A stretch of DNA of 63,795 nucleotides, counting the filler, from Bipalium vagum (lineage: Eukaryota), in assembly GCA_037834085.1 (NCBI GenBank). It is 3 parts of 3 records of this genome, joined end to end, with 100 filler letters (N's around TTAATTAATTAA, not from the genome) between each part and the next. Parts side by side here need not be neighbours in the genome. Positions count along the whole stretch, not along the records: positions 20,408 to 44,616 come from JBBMKC010202050.1; positions 44,717 to 63,795 come from JBBMKC010011452.1; 1 more part is not named here. One strand, written 5' to 3'. This document shows positions 41,301 to 52,713 of the stretch, one piece after another. Made by a program: the position numbers and the translations under genes. Below the pieces are notes generated by a model. That model saw nothing but the letters and a program-made list of their open reading frames with translations. It was not told the origin of the DNA and ran no database searches. Numbering within the stretch: the stretch's first letter is position 1; every line of letters starts with the position of its first letter.

Positions 41301-41723
41301 AAATTTTGAAATAAATTTTTCAGATATAAAAAACTGTATTTCATCAATTATGAAATGGGAAATACAATTGAAGAATACAAAGAAAAAGATATTAAAAATT
41401 AAAATTAAAACTCAAAATGTAACTTAAAAAATGATGTTCTTATCTTTTTGTTGTTTTATCATGATAGATTTTTGGATTATGATTGGAGAGATGTAGAAGA
41501 AGAATTTAATTTATCTTATAGAGAACTGATGAGACAATTAAATTTAAATGAAATAATGTATACTGAATATTTAGATGAGGATGATTTATTTATTGAATAT
41601 GATTAGAAAACTTAAACGAAAAAAATCCAAATATTTAAAAATGCAAGACTCGCTTTTGAAACCAAAGGTTTCGTCTTGATTTAAGATTGTAAAAACAAAT
41701 ACATTACTAAAGTTTTTATGTAG

Positions 41724-42060
41724 ATATGGAATTAACACAACTACAAATTTAGATTTAATTGATATTGCTGAAGATTTAGAACTACCCTTAAAAGTTTTAA
41801 TGTTGGATGAAATTCCTTGTTTTTCAAAACACGAAGGATGAAGTTAAAAAATAAGTTATGAATAATAATAAATATTCCTAACCCTATTAATGATAATGAT
41901 GTTGTAAATTTAAAATCTTTAAATGAGATTAAACAAAATATATTAAACCAAATTTAGTTCAGAAATAAAATTAAAATTAGATTATTCTTTAAAACTTAAA
42001 GACAATTTAAACTATGAATTAGGTTTAGTATATATATATCAACTTATAATTCAATTTTTA
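41724..42060 (+). pseudogene. Adjacent fragments of Polinton adenain-like protease, fiber-like motif and minor capsid (penton) protein
   Basis: TTNLDLIDIAEDLELPLKVLMLDEIP (protease N-terminus LSNxDLxxxAxxLxI...MxDELP); NIPNPINDNDVVNLK; IKLDYSLKLKDNLNYELGLVY..TYNSIF (mCP motif YExxLxxFxTYNSI). Confidence 0.6.
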
Positions 42061-42329
42061 AAATAATGGAATGTACAATATGTACAAAAATCTATCAGGC
42101 ACTATTGGATTTTTTACGAATTTTATAATCACTTCAATGATAATATAATGAATTTTAATGAATAATCTTCTTCGGTAAGATTAATTTCTATCATCGAAGA
42201 TGAACAAAATACACAAAATGAGCCAAATAGTCTAAATACTCAAAATGATTCAAATAATCTAAATTATTAAATCAATGAAGATGAACATATTACTCGGGTT
42301 ATTACCCAAAAACCAAAAGAAAAAAAGAA

Positions 42330-42729
42330 TCAACTACTTTCACTAGAAAACGTAAAGAAAATGGAAGATTCCATTCTGTTCAAAGAAATCATAGAAAATG
42401 GGACTTTTAGGTGCACAACAATCAAAGATTGTATTATTTTGATCCAAAAGATAGATTAATCCATTAATTCTTCATCAAAAAAAAGAATTATTTTACTATT
42501 CTGAATTAGGGAGAATTATTACAGAAATGAAAAAAATCGATCGAAAAAACTACAAATTACTGTTGGAGAAAATGGAATTAAATATTCCAAACAACGTTTT
42601 TCTTTTATTACAAATTTTTATCAATTAACATTAAATCACAAAACAATTATATCTTCCTCATTGAGTTTGCACTTCATTGAAAAACATTTTAAAATATTTA
42701 AGAAAGCTCTCGAAGAATTGAAATGGTAG
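42330..42729 (+). pseudogene. Uncharacterised helical ORF within the Polinton remnant
   Basis: Reading with stops ends GIKYSKQRFSFITNFYQL...SLSLHFIEKHFKIFKKALEELKW*; lies between other Polinton genes. Confidence 0.4.
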
Positions 42730-43086
42730 GAATTGAAAATTGACAATATTAATCTTTTAATTTGATGATAAATATATTATTTTGAATTGTCACTTAACTT
42801 TGTTCTTATTAATAATTAATTATTTTGATCCGCCTTTTTAATCTTGTGATTGATATATTTCAAGGTTTATTTTTTAATTGAAATTAATTTTTTAAAAATA
42901 GAAAAGTCCTGTATTGCGGTACTTTTTGAAAAATAAATCAAATTAAAAATATAACTAGAATAGAATAAACAATATTAAAAAACTGAAATTATTTTAATTT
43001 TTGTCTAAAGTTCTTATCATTTTAGATTGATAATAAAATTTATTTGATATTTTAAGTAGTCACTTTATCAAATTTTTATTTTAAAA

Positions 43087-43556
43087 ATGGAAATAACCGA
43101 GGAAAAACTTTAAAATATTATTGATAGAGGAAAAGGAAAACTCATAACTTTCAATGGAGAAAAAAAATATTTAAGTAAAAAAATAATTAATGAAATCAAA
43201 GAACAAGAAAATGATGACGAACAAAAATCAGGTGGGGTTGTAAGCGAAACTCACACTGCCGAAGGCGGTGTACATCCTTTGATCCCAAAATTAGGAGCTA
43301 TATTTGCAGGTTTAGAAGCAGCTGGTGGAGTTGCAGGGGGAGTAGCAGCTGCAGTTCAAAAAGTAAAAGAAACTAAAAAAAACTGATTTAGAGAAAAAGA
43401 ATACAAATGGAGATCGAAAAACTTATACCGAGCGAAGCTCAAAACACCAAAGGTGTGCCCAAAGAAAAAAAAGGATCAATCGGAGCTGGACTTTACTTCG
43501 ATCCGTATTTTAGAAAAGGGTTGAAAGATACAATTTTAAATAGTTCAGAATTTTAA
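43087..43556 (+). pseudogene. Polinton virion core/membrane-active (protein X/VI-like) ORF
   Basis: EGG^VHPLIPKLGAIFAGLEAAGGVAGGVAAAVQKV (adenain-type xGG site followed by an amphipathic Gly/Ala helix) and GAGLYFDPY. Confidence 0.7.
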
Positions 43557-44539
43557 AAAAGGATGCAATGATGAAATTTATTTGAATTATGTAGAAACAT
43601 GTAAACATTTTAAGAATGATTCACAGTTAACATTTTTTTATTGCTCTTTTTACGATATTTTTTCTTTTTTAAAAACAAAATAGAACAAAATTTTTTCACA
43701 AAACTTTTTTGAGGTGAATTTTAAGATTAATTTTTTCATTATTAAAATCTAAAAATTATTTAAAATTTTATTTCATCTATTTTTACAATAATGGGATAAT
43801 AAATTTGAAAATTTCTTAGAAAATCAAATACTAAATTAGTTTTTTATCCTTATATTAAGCTCCTTCAACAATATTCCACTTCAATCATAATTTAAAATTT
43901 TTTAGAGATGTGATTTTATTTTTATAAAAAAATTTTGAACTATTTTGTTTTATAAAATTTTGATATTTTTCATTTTTTCATATTTTCAAAATATTATTTT
44001 GTCAGAAGAAATTGAGTTTTTTAGTTTTTAATTTTGTATCCATGTTACGACAGCAATTTGAGAACAAAGTTTAGTATCAACGTTAAGTAATACTTTCTAA
44101 AGAAACTATAAAAAATAATATTCACAATTTTAAGCAAGAAAATTATTTTTGAAAACATTAATATTCATTTAATAAATCCGCCTCAATTACTACTTCAACA
44201 GGGTTTCTGAAATGCCTACATGTCATGATCAATTGGGCTATGCCAAATGTTTTTGTCCCGGTTTTAAAGAAAAATGATAAATTTAGAAACTTTGAAATTT
44301 GTAAATCATTGTGTTCGGAAATTAATTCAATAATAATATGTCTTTTTATATCTTAGTGAGGTTAAGACTCTTTCCATTTCTAAAATAAAATACTATTTAA
44401 GATTTACGATATCATATATTGTGATTGATTTTTCTGCCACTTGAATAAATAATATGATATATTAAAATAAATATTTTTTTTCAAATTGCAGACACACCTT
44501 GTGAACTTTATATACGCTTTTTTAAAATACTTTATTCGG

Positions 44540-44541
<2 letters not shown>

Positions 44542-44616
<75 letters not shown>

Positions 44617-44716
44617 NNNNNNNNNNNNNNNNNNNNNNNNNNNNNNNNNNNNNNNNNNNNTTAATTAATTAANNNNNNNNNNNNNNNNNNNNNNNNNNNN
44701 NNNNNNNNNNNNNNNN

Positions 44717-44785
<69 letters not shown>
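44542..44785. repeat. (ATT)n microsatellite on both sides of the second spacer
   Basis: ATT arrays at 44542-44616 and 44717-44785. Confidence 0.95.
44617..44716. other. Artificial contig spacer (44 N + TTAATTAATTAA + 44 N)
   Basis: Same 100-bp linker as at 20308-20407. Confidence 0.97.
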
Positions 44786-44790
<5 letters not shown>

Positions 44791-45033
44791 ATTGAAATCT
44801 ATATAATTATTAACTTCAATGTAATACCTTAATTAATGTTGTTACTATTATCAGTCATAAGATGCTAGCTCTCGTGTACATAAACATGTGTAAGTAGATT
44901 ATCAGCCTATTAATTATATTTATATTGTATAAAAAATAAATGCATTTAACTATTTATTTTCAAATAAATTAAATTTATCCAAATTGATGTTAATTTCTTC
45001 ATTTATAAAATTTCTAAAATACAATTGTTTTTC

Positions 45034-45627
45034 TCAGAAAGAGAGCTTCAAATCATTATTCCGTTTATCTTGCAATCCGTGATATTTATTGTATGATTTG
45101 TTTTTTATCGTTATCTTCTTGAACGATTTCCTGAGCTGGTTAGAAAAAGAATTTTTTTGACTTTTGGATTTTAGCAGCTGTCCACTAAATTCCAAATTAA
45201 TGTGTTCGAGACTGGATTCGCTGCGACTGTATTTGCGATTAATATGATAATTTTCATTGTTGAAGTCATCAAGAATATCGACATCCACGAATTCGGTTTG
45301 AGAAAAACTTCGGCTGCCAGTTGATAGCTTGAAGGACTTGTGCTTGGCATATTTACGTTTTTTGAAAATTTTTCTTATCAGATCCGAATCTAATTTGAAT
45401 TTCTTCAGTTCATATAATAACTTTTGAAAAGATCCATTTTTCTTTTGTGGTTCGAAACTCGGATATTGATTTTGATTGGAAGGTTGACTAACATCGGAAT
45501 CAGACACTTTCCTAAAATCTTCGAAATGATTACCATTTGAATATAATGGTTCTTTAATTGAACTGTCTACAGATTTCGATCTTTTTTGATACTTAAAACT
45601 GGCTCTGAGTCGTGCGAATTGATTCAT
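45034..45627 (-). CDS. Hypothetical basic, Ser-rich protein (197 aa from the first ATG; single or terminal exon)
   Basis: Uninterrupted 594-nt ORF, GC-richer than its flanks, with no TE motifs and many RxxS sites. Confidence 0.6.
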   Translation of the reverse strand: MNQFARLRASFKYQKRSKSVDSSIKEPLYSNGNHFEDFRKVSDSDVSQPSNQNQYPSFEPQKKNGSFQKLLYELKKFKLDSDLIRKIFKKRKYAKHKSFKLSTGSRSFSQTEFVDVDILDDFNNENYHINRKYSRSESSLEHINLEFSGQLLKSKSQKNSFSNQLRKSFKKITIKNKSYNKYHGLQDKRNNDLKLSF

Positions 45628-47169
45628 AATTAATTGAAAGTATCTCAATGATATTGTTAAATGAACTTATAGACTTTTGTTATTTGTGTGTTAACTGTGT
45701 GGAATTAAATGTTATAAGCACAACTTCAGTAATAAACCACTTAGATTTTGGATACAGATTGATGCTAATGATTACATAATGAAAATACATAAACCAATAA
45801 TATGGAATTATAAATTTTTAATTAAAATTATCCAATAAAAATTCAAATTATTATGCATTCATTTAGCGATTTTAAATTATTAAATCTTATTGATAATACG
45901 AATAATTAATTAATTGACTTTTATTCTTTTATTTAAATCCAATGATTTTATTTTAATTTTTTATTTATTTTCTGTTTAAATCTTTTTTGAATTATTTCTC
46001 AATAAATATATAATGTTCAGTTTGTTCCTGACATTTTTAATTAACATTTTAAAATTACATTTTTATTACTTTATAAATGTAAGTACTATAACAAATAAAT
46101 ATCTCTGTTTATTACTAAAAATATAATGTAAATTAATATAAAATTGCACTTATTTCATACTTATAAGTACTATCCACATTAAAAAAATTATTTTTTATAA
46201 TAATTTTAGGGTAATGTACAGAGATCTTTATTTTTATAGTACTTATATTTATAAATTAGTAATGTTGATTTAAAATTTAAAAATGAAAAATATTTTTTAA
46301 TATTTGAAAAATTTAATAAATAATCTGAAATTAATTTTAAAAATTTTATTGATTTATCCAATTTAGTTACAAAGGTGAAAAAGTGTATAATAAAATTAAA
46401 ACTTATCGAGTGATTAATTTTTTTAATAAATTAATAAAGGCTGAGTCATAAAATTTTTCATTAATGAGCAAAAAATGGTTAGGTTTAAAATTTATTTTTA
46501 TTTAAGTTTAATTTTAATTCCTTTGTTCTTTTATGAAAAAACTTAAAATGGTGAATCAAGTGCATTATCAAGATTTCTTTTCATAAACAATGATATGCAA
46601 ATTATAATTACCAAGAAATGGGAAGCGATCCGTAAGTGGAATCGGATAGAATACAAGTCAATTATCATTCTACATGCTTTGAGATGATAGTTGATGGATA
46701 ATGACGTAATTAGATTTCATTTTATTGGAAAATTATTTTTCTATAATTTACATCAGAAAAATAGAGATGGATTTTGTGCCAAACTATTTGAACAGTTGAA
46801 AGCGTTCACTGTTTAAAATAAAATTGATAGATTTCCTTCTACGATCCATTCACAGCCAAAGCTTTTATTGAGCGCTGAATAAAACTGAGCTTATATTAAT
46901 GTTTTAATACGATAACAAAACGGTACTTGGTCAGAAATGTATAGCAGCTTATGAAATTTTAGCACTAACAAAAAATTAACATTATAATTTAGGTTACCCA
47001 CATTTTAGTAGAATTTATATAGAAAAATTGCTATTTTAAATCAACTTAATGTTCATTGTTTTTGAAAGCAGCCAAGTTTATATTATAATATATCTCATTT
47101 ATGTACCTGAATTTTCTCTTTGTAAAGTATTGAATATTAAAAATATTTCAGTTCAAAGGATAGAAAAAT

Positions 47170-47415
47170 ATATATTGATTTGAAAGTTGCAGGTACTTCC
47201 GTCAATTCAAAAGGCACTTTATTGTATAGATACAATTCTTTGATTGTCACAAAAGCCGAGATTTTCTTGTTTTACTCATCCGTAGCTAATTGATTGTATC
47301 ATTTTTGTAAATCCATCACTGTAAATATTGTCGATCTCTTAATCTTGTCAAATATAATTTCAATAACCACATAAGATATGTATCCTTTCTTGTTACCTTT
47401 GTTGGCTTTTTGAAC
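47170..47415 (-). mobile_element. Gypsy-type reverse transcriptase fragment
   Basis: IFDKIKRSTIFTVMDLQK*YNQL...KISAFVTIKELYLYNKVPFELTEVPATFK matches DLxxGYHQ...TAF...MPFGLxNAPATFQ. Confidence 0.8.
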
Positions 47416-47526
47416 AAATAGTAATAATAAGAATAGTAATAAATAATAGTGATATTATCAATTATTAATAATAATAATAAAATTTTTTAAAGAGAAATTT
47501 TATTTTTTTATGTTTTTAAAGCATTA

Positions 47527-48157
47527 TGTCAAAATCTCGGCGTGGAGATAGAGTTGATTAATGGCAATTAGGGAAAATAGCCGACTCTAAACGTAGGGAT
47601 TGGTGATCAAAGACCAATCTCTATGACTATATAAAGAAGCGGCTATTCCCAGAAATTGGTCAGAAACTACGACCAAGAATATTTTTGCCGACGACATTGA
47701 GGATATTTTTGAGGAAAACGATTCCAGTTCACAGTAATTTTATCTCAAGTCTATGATTATGCAAATGGATTTTACAAGGGACCCATCGAGTTTGGGAATC
47801 CCAAGTAAATCTGATAAGGACCCAGAGGGTGACCCGGAGACCCCTTGTCGCTCTTGGTGAGATTGTTTTATTTATTTTTGTGTTACTTTCCGAAAACTCT
47901 TGGTGACCATTTCTTTCATCTCTTTCATTATAATAGTAGTTGTGTTTATTTTTATCATTACTTATTTTTATTTTCGGTTATTTACCGAGTGACTTCGTGG
48001 TGATCAGTATATTTAATTGTGATTGTGTTTTGTCAATAAAGTTTTATTGTGGATGTTTTGACTCAGTTTATACGGTGCGGATAAAGTATTATTGTGGAGT
48101 TTTTGATTCAAATGGAGTGTAACTTTGTGCAGCAACAATAGAATGAAGAACACAACA
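47527..48157 (+). mobile_element. Solo LTR (631 bp) with 5-bp TSD
   Basis: TGTCA...CAACA ends; CATTA at 47522-47526 and 48158-48162; internal TATATAAAG and AATAAA; homologous to the LTRs near 59060-59717 and 59725-60250. Confidence 0.88.
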
Positions 48158-49094
48158 CATTAAGGTGATGATTTTTCCATAGACGGGCGAAGATTAATTG
48201 TTAAGTTTGACAGACAAAAATATTAAGTAAAATCGTAAGGACAATACGTCAACCGACAAAAACAATATACGCAGTCAGATACCAAGACGAAGATATTTAA
48301 ACAACAGACAATTCATTCGTCATTCAGAATTAATTTATGCTACATCGTTATTAGGTAAATTCAATTATTTTTGTTATTATTATTCATCTTTATATATCTG
48401 TAAGTGTTTGGTTTGACGCATCCTGCGAGATCTAATCTCGAAAATATAAAATGCTAACACTATTAATATAGGTTAGACATGGGCTCACCAACGCCTTCAA
48501 AGGTAGTATAACAAATGAGTGTTCTGAGATACGAACTAAATCTAACTATAATCAACTGAGATAACACGATTTTATTATAAAAATATATTTTGTAAAACAA
48601 ATACAACTCTTTCTTATCACAATAATATTAATTAATTAAAGTCTTTTTGGTTTTACGATAACCGAAGAAGTCCTGATGTCAAAGATACGTATTCTGTCGC
48701 ATAGAGCGAAGCAGATTCGATTAGCGAAGAGAAAAAAAAACAGAAATAAGAGAAATACAATAAAAAGTATTTGCTCTGAATACGTTGATGATTATTTAAT
48801 TATTTAGATTTTTCTCAACAGAGATCGATATGTTTTTAAATAGCCGAAGCGTGTTTAATATTAATTTTTATTATTATCAGCTTAACTTGTCAATGCGAAG
48901 TTAATTGCGAATTGAATGAGAAAACCAAGAGCTTATATAATTCTGATTTTCACATCCCTGATCTCTTGATTGGTTAGAAATAAAACTTTCCATTAATAGA
49001 GTAATATGTGGGTTTTTGCTATTTAAGAAAAGTTCTTATATTACAGAACTTACTAAATATAACCACCCACATATTAAAATTTTTTCATATGCTA

Positions 49095-50060
49095 ATGAGC
49101 AAATCTTTTGGCTACCCTTAAAAAATGTTATATAATGATGAGCAAATTTATTGGTCACCTTGAGAAAGGCAATTTTAATCATTTTAAAAAACTTTTCTGT
49201 TAAGTAATTTCATCAAAAAATGTTAAAAGTTGTTTTCCGCGCTTTTAAATTATAGTTTTGAACTTTTATATTTGATTTTTACAAAATTTTATTTTTCATA
49301 TGTGCATAATTATTGGCCACCGCTTGAAAGAAAGCAACACACAATTAATTATTTATTTGATCAACATTTTTTACAATTACTTTCACGAAACGTCCTCTAA
49401 AAGTATCATAAAGATTTTTAATAACTCCTCGTTTGATCGTATTGATCAAGTGAAAGGCTTTCCGTATTCCTTCCGTTAAATCATCTACAGACATAAGTGG
49501 TGTCCTGTCATAGATGACATCTTCCAAACATTTTCCATTATATTCAAGTCTGGAGATCGAGCAGGCCATGGTAATACTTGGAAGTTGGCAATATCCATCC
49601 ATTTTTGAACGATCCTTGTCGTATGGATTCTGGAATTGTCGTGTTGGAACCAGAAGTTGTCCCATAATTCAATTTAGAAATTGGTACAATAGTTTGACAA
49701 AGCAAATCTATGTAATTCTGACTTTTGAAGTCTCTATTTAATATTCTAAAAGATAACAGACCATTTGGGAGAACCATGCACCATACCATAATTCCCCTTA
49801 TCTTTCTTCTGGTGCCCGGGACGAAAAATGATTTCTGATTTTTGTGTGTAAGTTCTCCAGTCATCTGGCCCATCAAGGGAGAACCACTTTTCGTCTGAAA
49901 AAATGGTTCGCTCCCATAGGTGATTTTCTGCCAACCACTTTTTCGCTAAATCACACCATTTAGCCTTGTCCAATGGTTTAATTGCTAAACTTTTTCTTAT
50001 TTTCTTGTACTTCATGTTTTGTTTCATAAGGTAACGTGCAACGGTAAATTGTGAAACTTA
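49095..50060 (-). mobile_element. Tc3-like transposon, frameshifted
   Basis: IFSDEKWFSLDGPDDW, GIMVWCM and the C-terminal IKNLYDTFRGR lie in three overlapping ORFs; repeated (G/T)GCAWAWYTWTTGGYYACC end motifs at about 49097, 49140 and 49302. Confidence 0.85.
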
Positions 50061-50559
50061 AATAAAATATAAAATAACACATAAAATTATACAAGGAAAG
50101 TAAGCATAGCACGGTTTTTTCTTGCATATTCACAAAAATTTATCAACTGTTACATGTCAATAATGATCTATGGGAAATCACTGTCCATCAGCTCTTGGTT
50201 GGTTTCTTGGTTGTGGTTCCGGCTCCTTTGTGATTTCTGTTTTTGGATTGTTTACGGGTGCCAAAACCTCTTTTTCTAAAGATCCCAAAAAATCATAACT
50301 TTTGGTAATTTTGTTTCAAGTTACATAAGAGATATCTAAAATAATTTTCAATTTTAAATAATCACTAGTTCTTTGCAACAAGGATTATTTTTCATTTTCT
50401 TATCTTCTCTTTTTGTTTACAATTCCTTGTTTAAAATTCTCTCATGGCCTTTCCACAGCTTACAAAGTAACTCTGAAAGGATTCTTTAAACCATTGGAGG
50501 TTTTTGTTAACTAATTTGTATCAGTTGCTTTGCTAGATTTTTATCAATAAAAGTATTTG

Positions 50560-51110
50560 AAATGATTCGATCTGTTCATAATTTTTTATTTTACATTGTG
50601 TAGCATTAGTTCCAAACTACTTTCCATAGAGCCTTTTGATCAATAAATGCATTGTTAAGTTACCTAAAGTCCTGAATCGATATTTTTTATCCGATTGGTT
50701 AATCCTATTCATTTTTCTTAGGAACTTAACATTATTAATGATAATTTTTGAAAAGTTATAAAAATTTCGAAAGCCTTTCGTTTAAATTTATCAACGAATA
50801 AATTTGCCAAAGTGAATAAAATTTTTTATATTACTAGCTTTTAGTTATGTTAATATTTATACACTGCTTTGCTTCGTGACCACCTACCGACATTATAACA
50901 CTTCGTATTTATTTCGCATATTATCCCCTTCCATTTAATATTCATCCTGGTTGTCCTGGTCTTGTGTAATAGGCCCTCAAAATCATTAAAGTACCATTCT
51001 AATGAAAAATTAATTCACAATTCTCTTTACTATCTGATTTTTTAGTTCATCGTGATAAAAAGCTCTATCATATTGTGGAGACTCCCAGACTCGGTCCCAA
51101 ATTCTTGAAA
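50560..51110 (-). mobile_element. Possible Penelope-like RT remnant
   Basis: Scraps EGLLHKT, IRSVIMSVG and LANLFVDKFKRKAF resemble PLE motifs YGLPKIHK, RPIVS and LANLFMxxFE. Confidence 0.35.
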
Positions 51111-52713
51111 AAACAATAAATGACAACATAGTAATCTGAAAAACATTCTAGTGTTTTAGTGTTTTTTATGTTCTTTTTATATATTTGTTTTTTGTGTCCT
51201 TTACAAATATAATTTTATTTTTATGTAAAGTTAAAACCCGGAGTTTAATTAATTTTCCTTCCTATCTGTTTAAAATATAAAATATCAAATTATAGTAAAA
51301 ATAATACATAAAATATAAAAAACTAATATTATAACTAATTAAAAAATAATCATTTTGATGATTAATTTATAAAATATATGAAAAAAATTGTTTAGTAACG
51401 TAAAGCTACTATAAATAATTTTTTCAATAAAAAATTTAATTAATATTTCTATAAATAAATTTATAGTAAACATTTTAAAGATTAATTCTAAAGATAGTAA
51501 CATAAAGTTACTATAATTAAAAATACAAAAAATAAAATAATATAAATACTGAAGTGTTTCAGTATCAAAACACAAAAAATCTATACAAATTTAGACTCTA
51601 AGAAGATCAAAACGAACTTTACCCGTAGATCAAACTTCGGATCAAAATTAACCAGAAGGAAGCATCAGACACTAATCTAGGACAAATAACAGACCATTGA
51701 ACAATTAGTCTCGATGACCAGCTTCATGGAGAAAGAAAAACTTTAACAGTTAGTAAATTATTTTATTGTGATAAGTTTATTAGATTTGACTACAAAAATA
51801 AAATAATTTTTGAGTTTCACACTGCTCGCAGGTGAACCGATAACGAAGTAAAAATAGTAATTAAAAATAAAAAGCTATAATTCGATTACGAATTATAAGT
51901 TTTTAATTAAATTAAATAAATACTAAGGATTGGACAGCTACTCCAATACCTTAGGATCAAGTAATTTTTATCTTTTTTCTTACTTCCCAGTATTTTCTTT
52001 TTTTGTGTTTTTCACTTCTAGTAGGACGGAGAACCGAATTTTTAACTGAGGGCTCGTGAGAGTAAGATACCAAAGAGTGATCTGACTTTTCTCTTAACTC
52101 TTTATCTCGGGTTATAACTCTGAAGTAAAATTGTACTAAAAAATAAAGCTGTTAGATTTATATCAAATATTTTTTATAAAACAATTTAACTTAGTTGATC
52201 GATTAAAAAGTTTATCGTTTATAATTTTGCAATCAACATTTATCCGTTTTATCATTTAATCATTTTAAAAGTTCAACGTTTCGTAATCAATATTTTTATT
52301 CACTCAAATTTTAACTTTAAACGTACGTGCACTAAATCATTTCTGAATTTACATATAGTTTATGTTAAGTTCCTAGAAAGTCTACTATCGATATTCTTAA
52401 CCCAATAAATGTAAAAAGTCCAATTTGATCTGCTTAACCAAACTTAAATTTAATAATCATTTTCATATTACCTTTTTAGTGAAAATTTAAAATATATATG
52501 TACGAGATAAAATCAAGGAAAGAATGTAGTTTCTACTGTGAACACTAATATAAAATGTAACTTTAAAAGTATTATATATTTTAAAGAAAAAATGACAGAA
52601 ATTTTCACTTTCTTTTAATAAAAAGTGAATATTAGAAAGGTCATTTCAAAATATTTTAAATTATTAAATAAAAAATTATTGATGGAATGCCTTGTTACTC
52701 ACAATAGAACGTA

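Noticed and set aside
45034-45627. Orphan ORF as a distant 5' exon of the KCNN gene
   Set aside because: It ends in a stop with no suitable donor near its end, and it lies two contig spacers away.
51339-51575. AT-rich hydrophobic ORFs (also 1692-1919, 29610-29816, 44486-44668, 47940-48122)
   Set aside because: Low-complexity F/I/L/Y/K ORFs expected by chance in AT-rich or repeat DNA.
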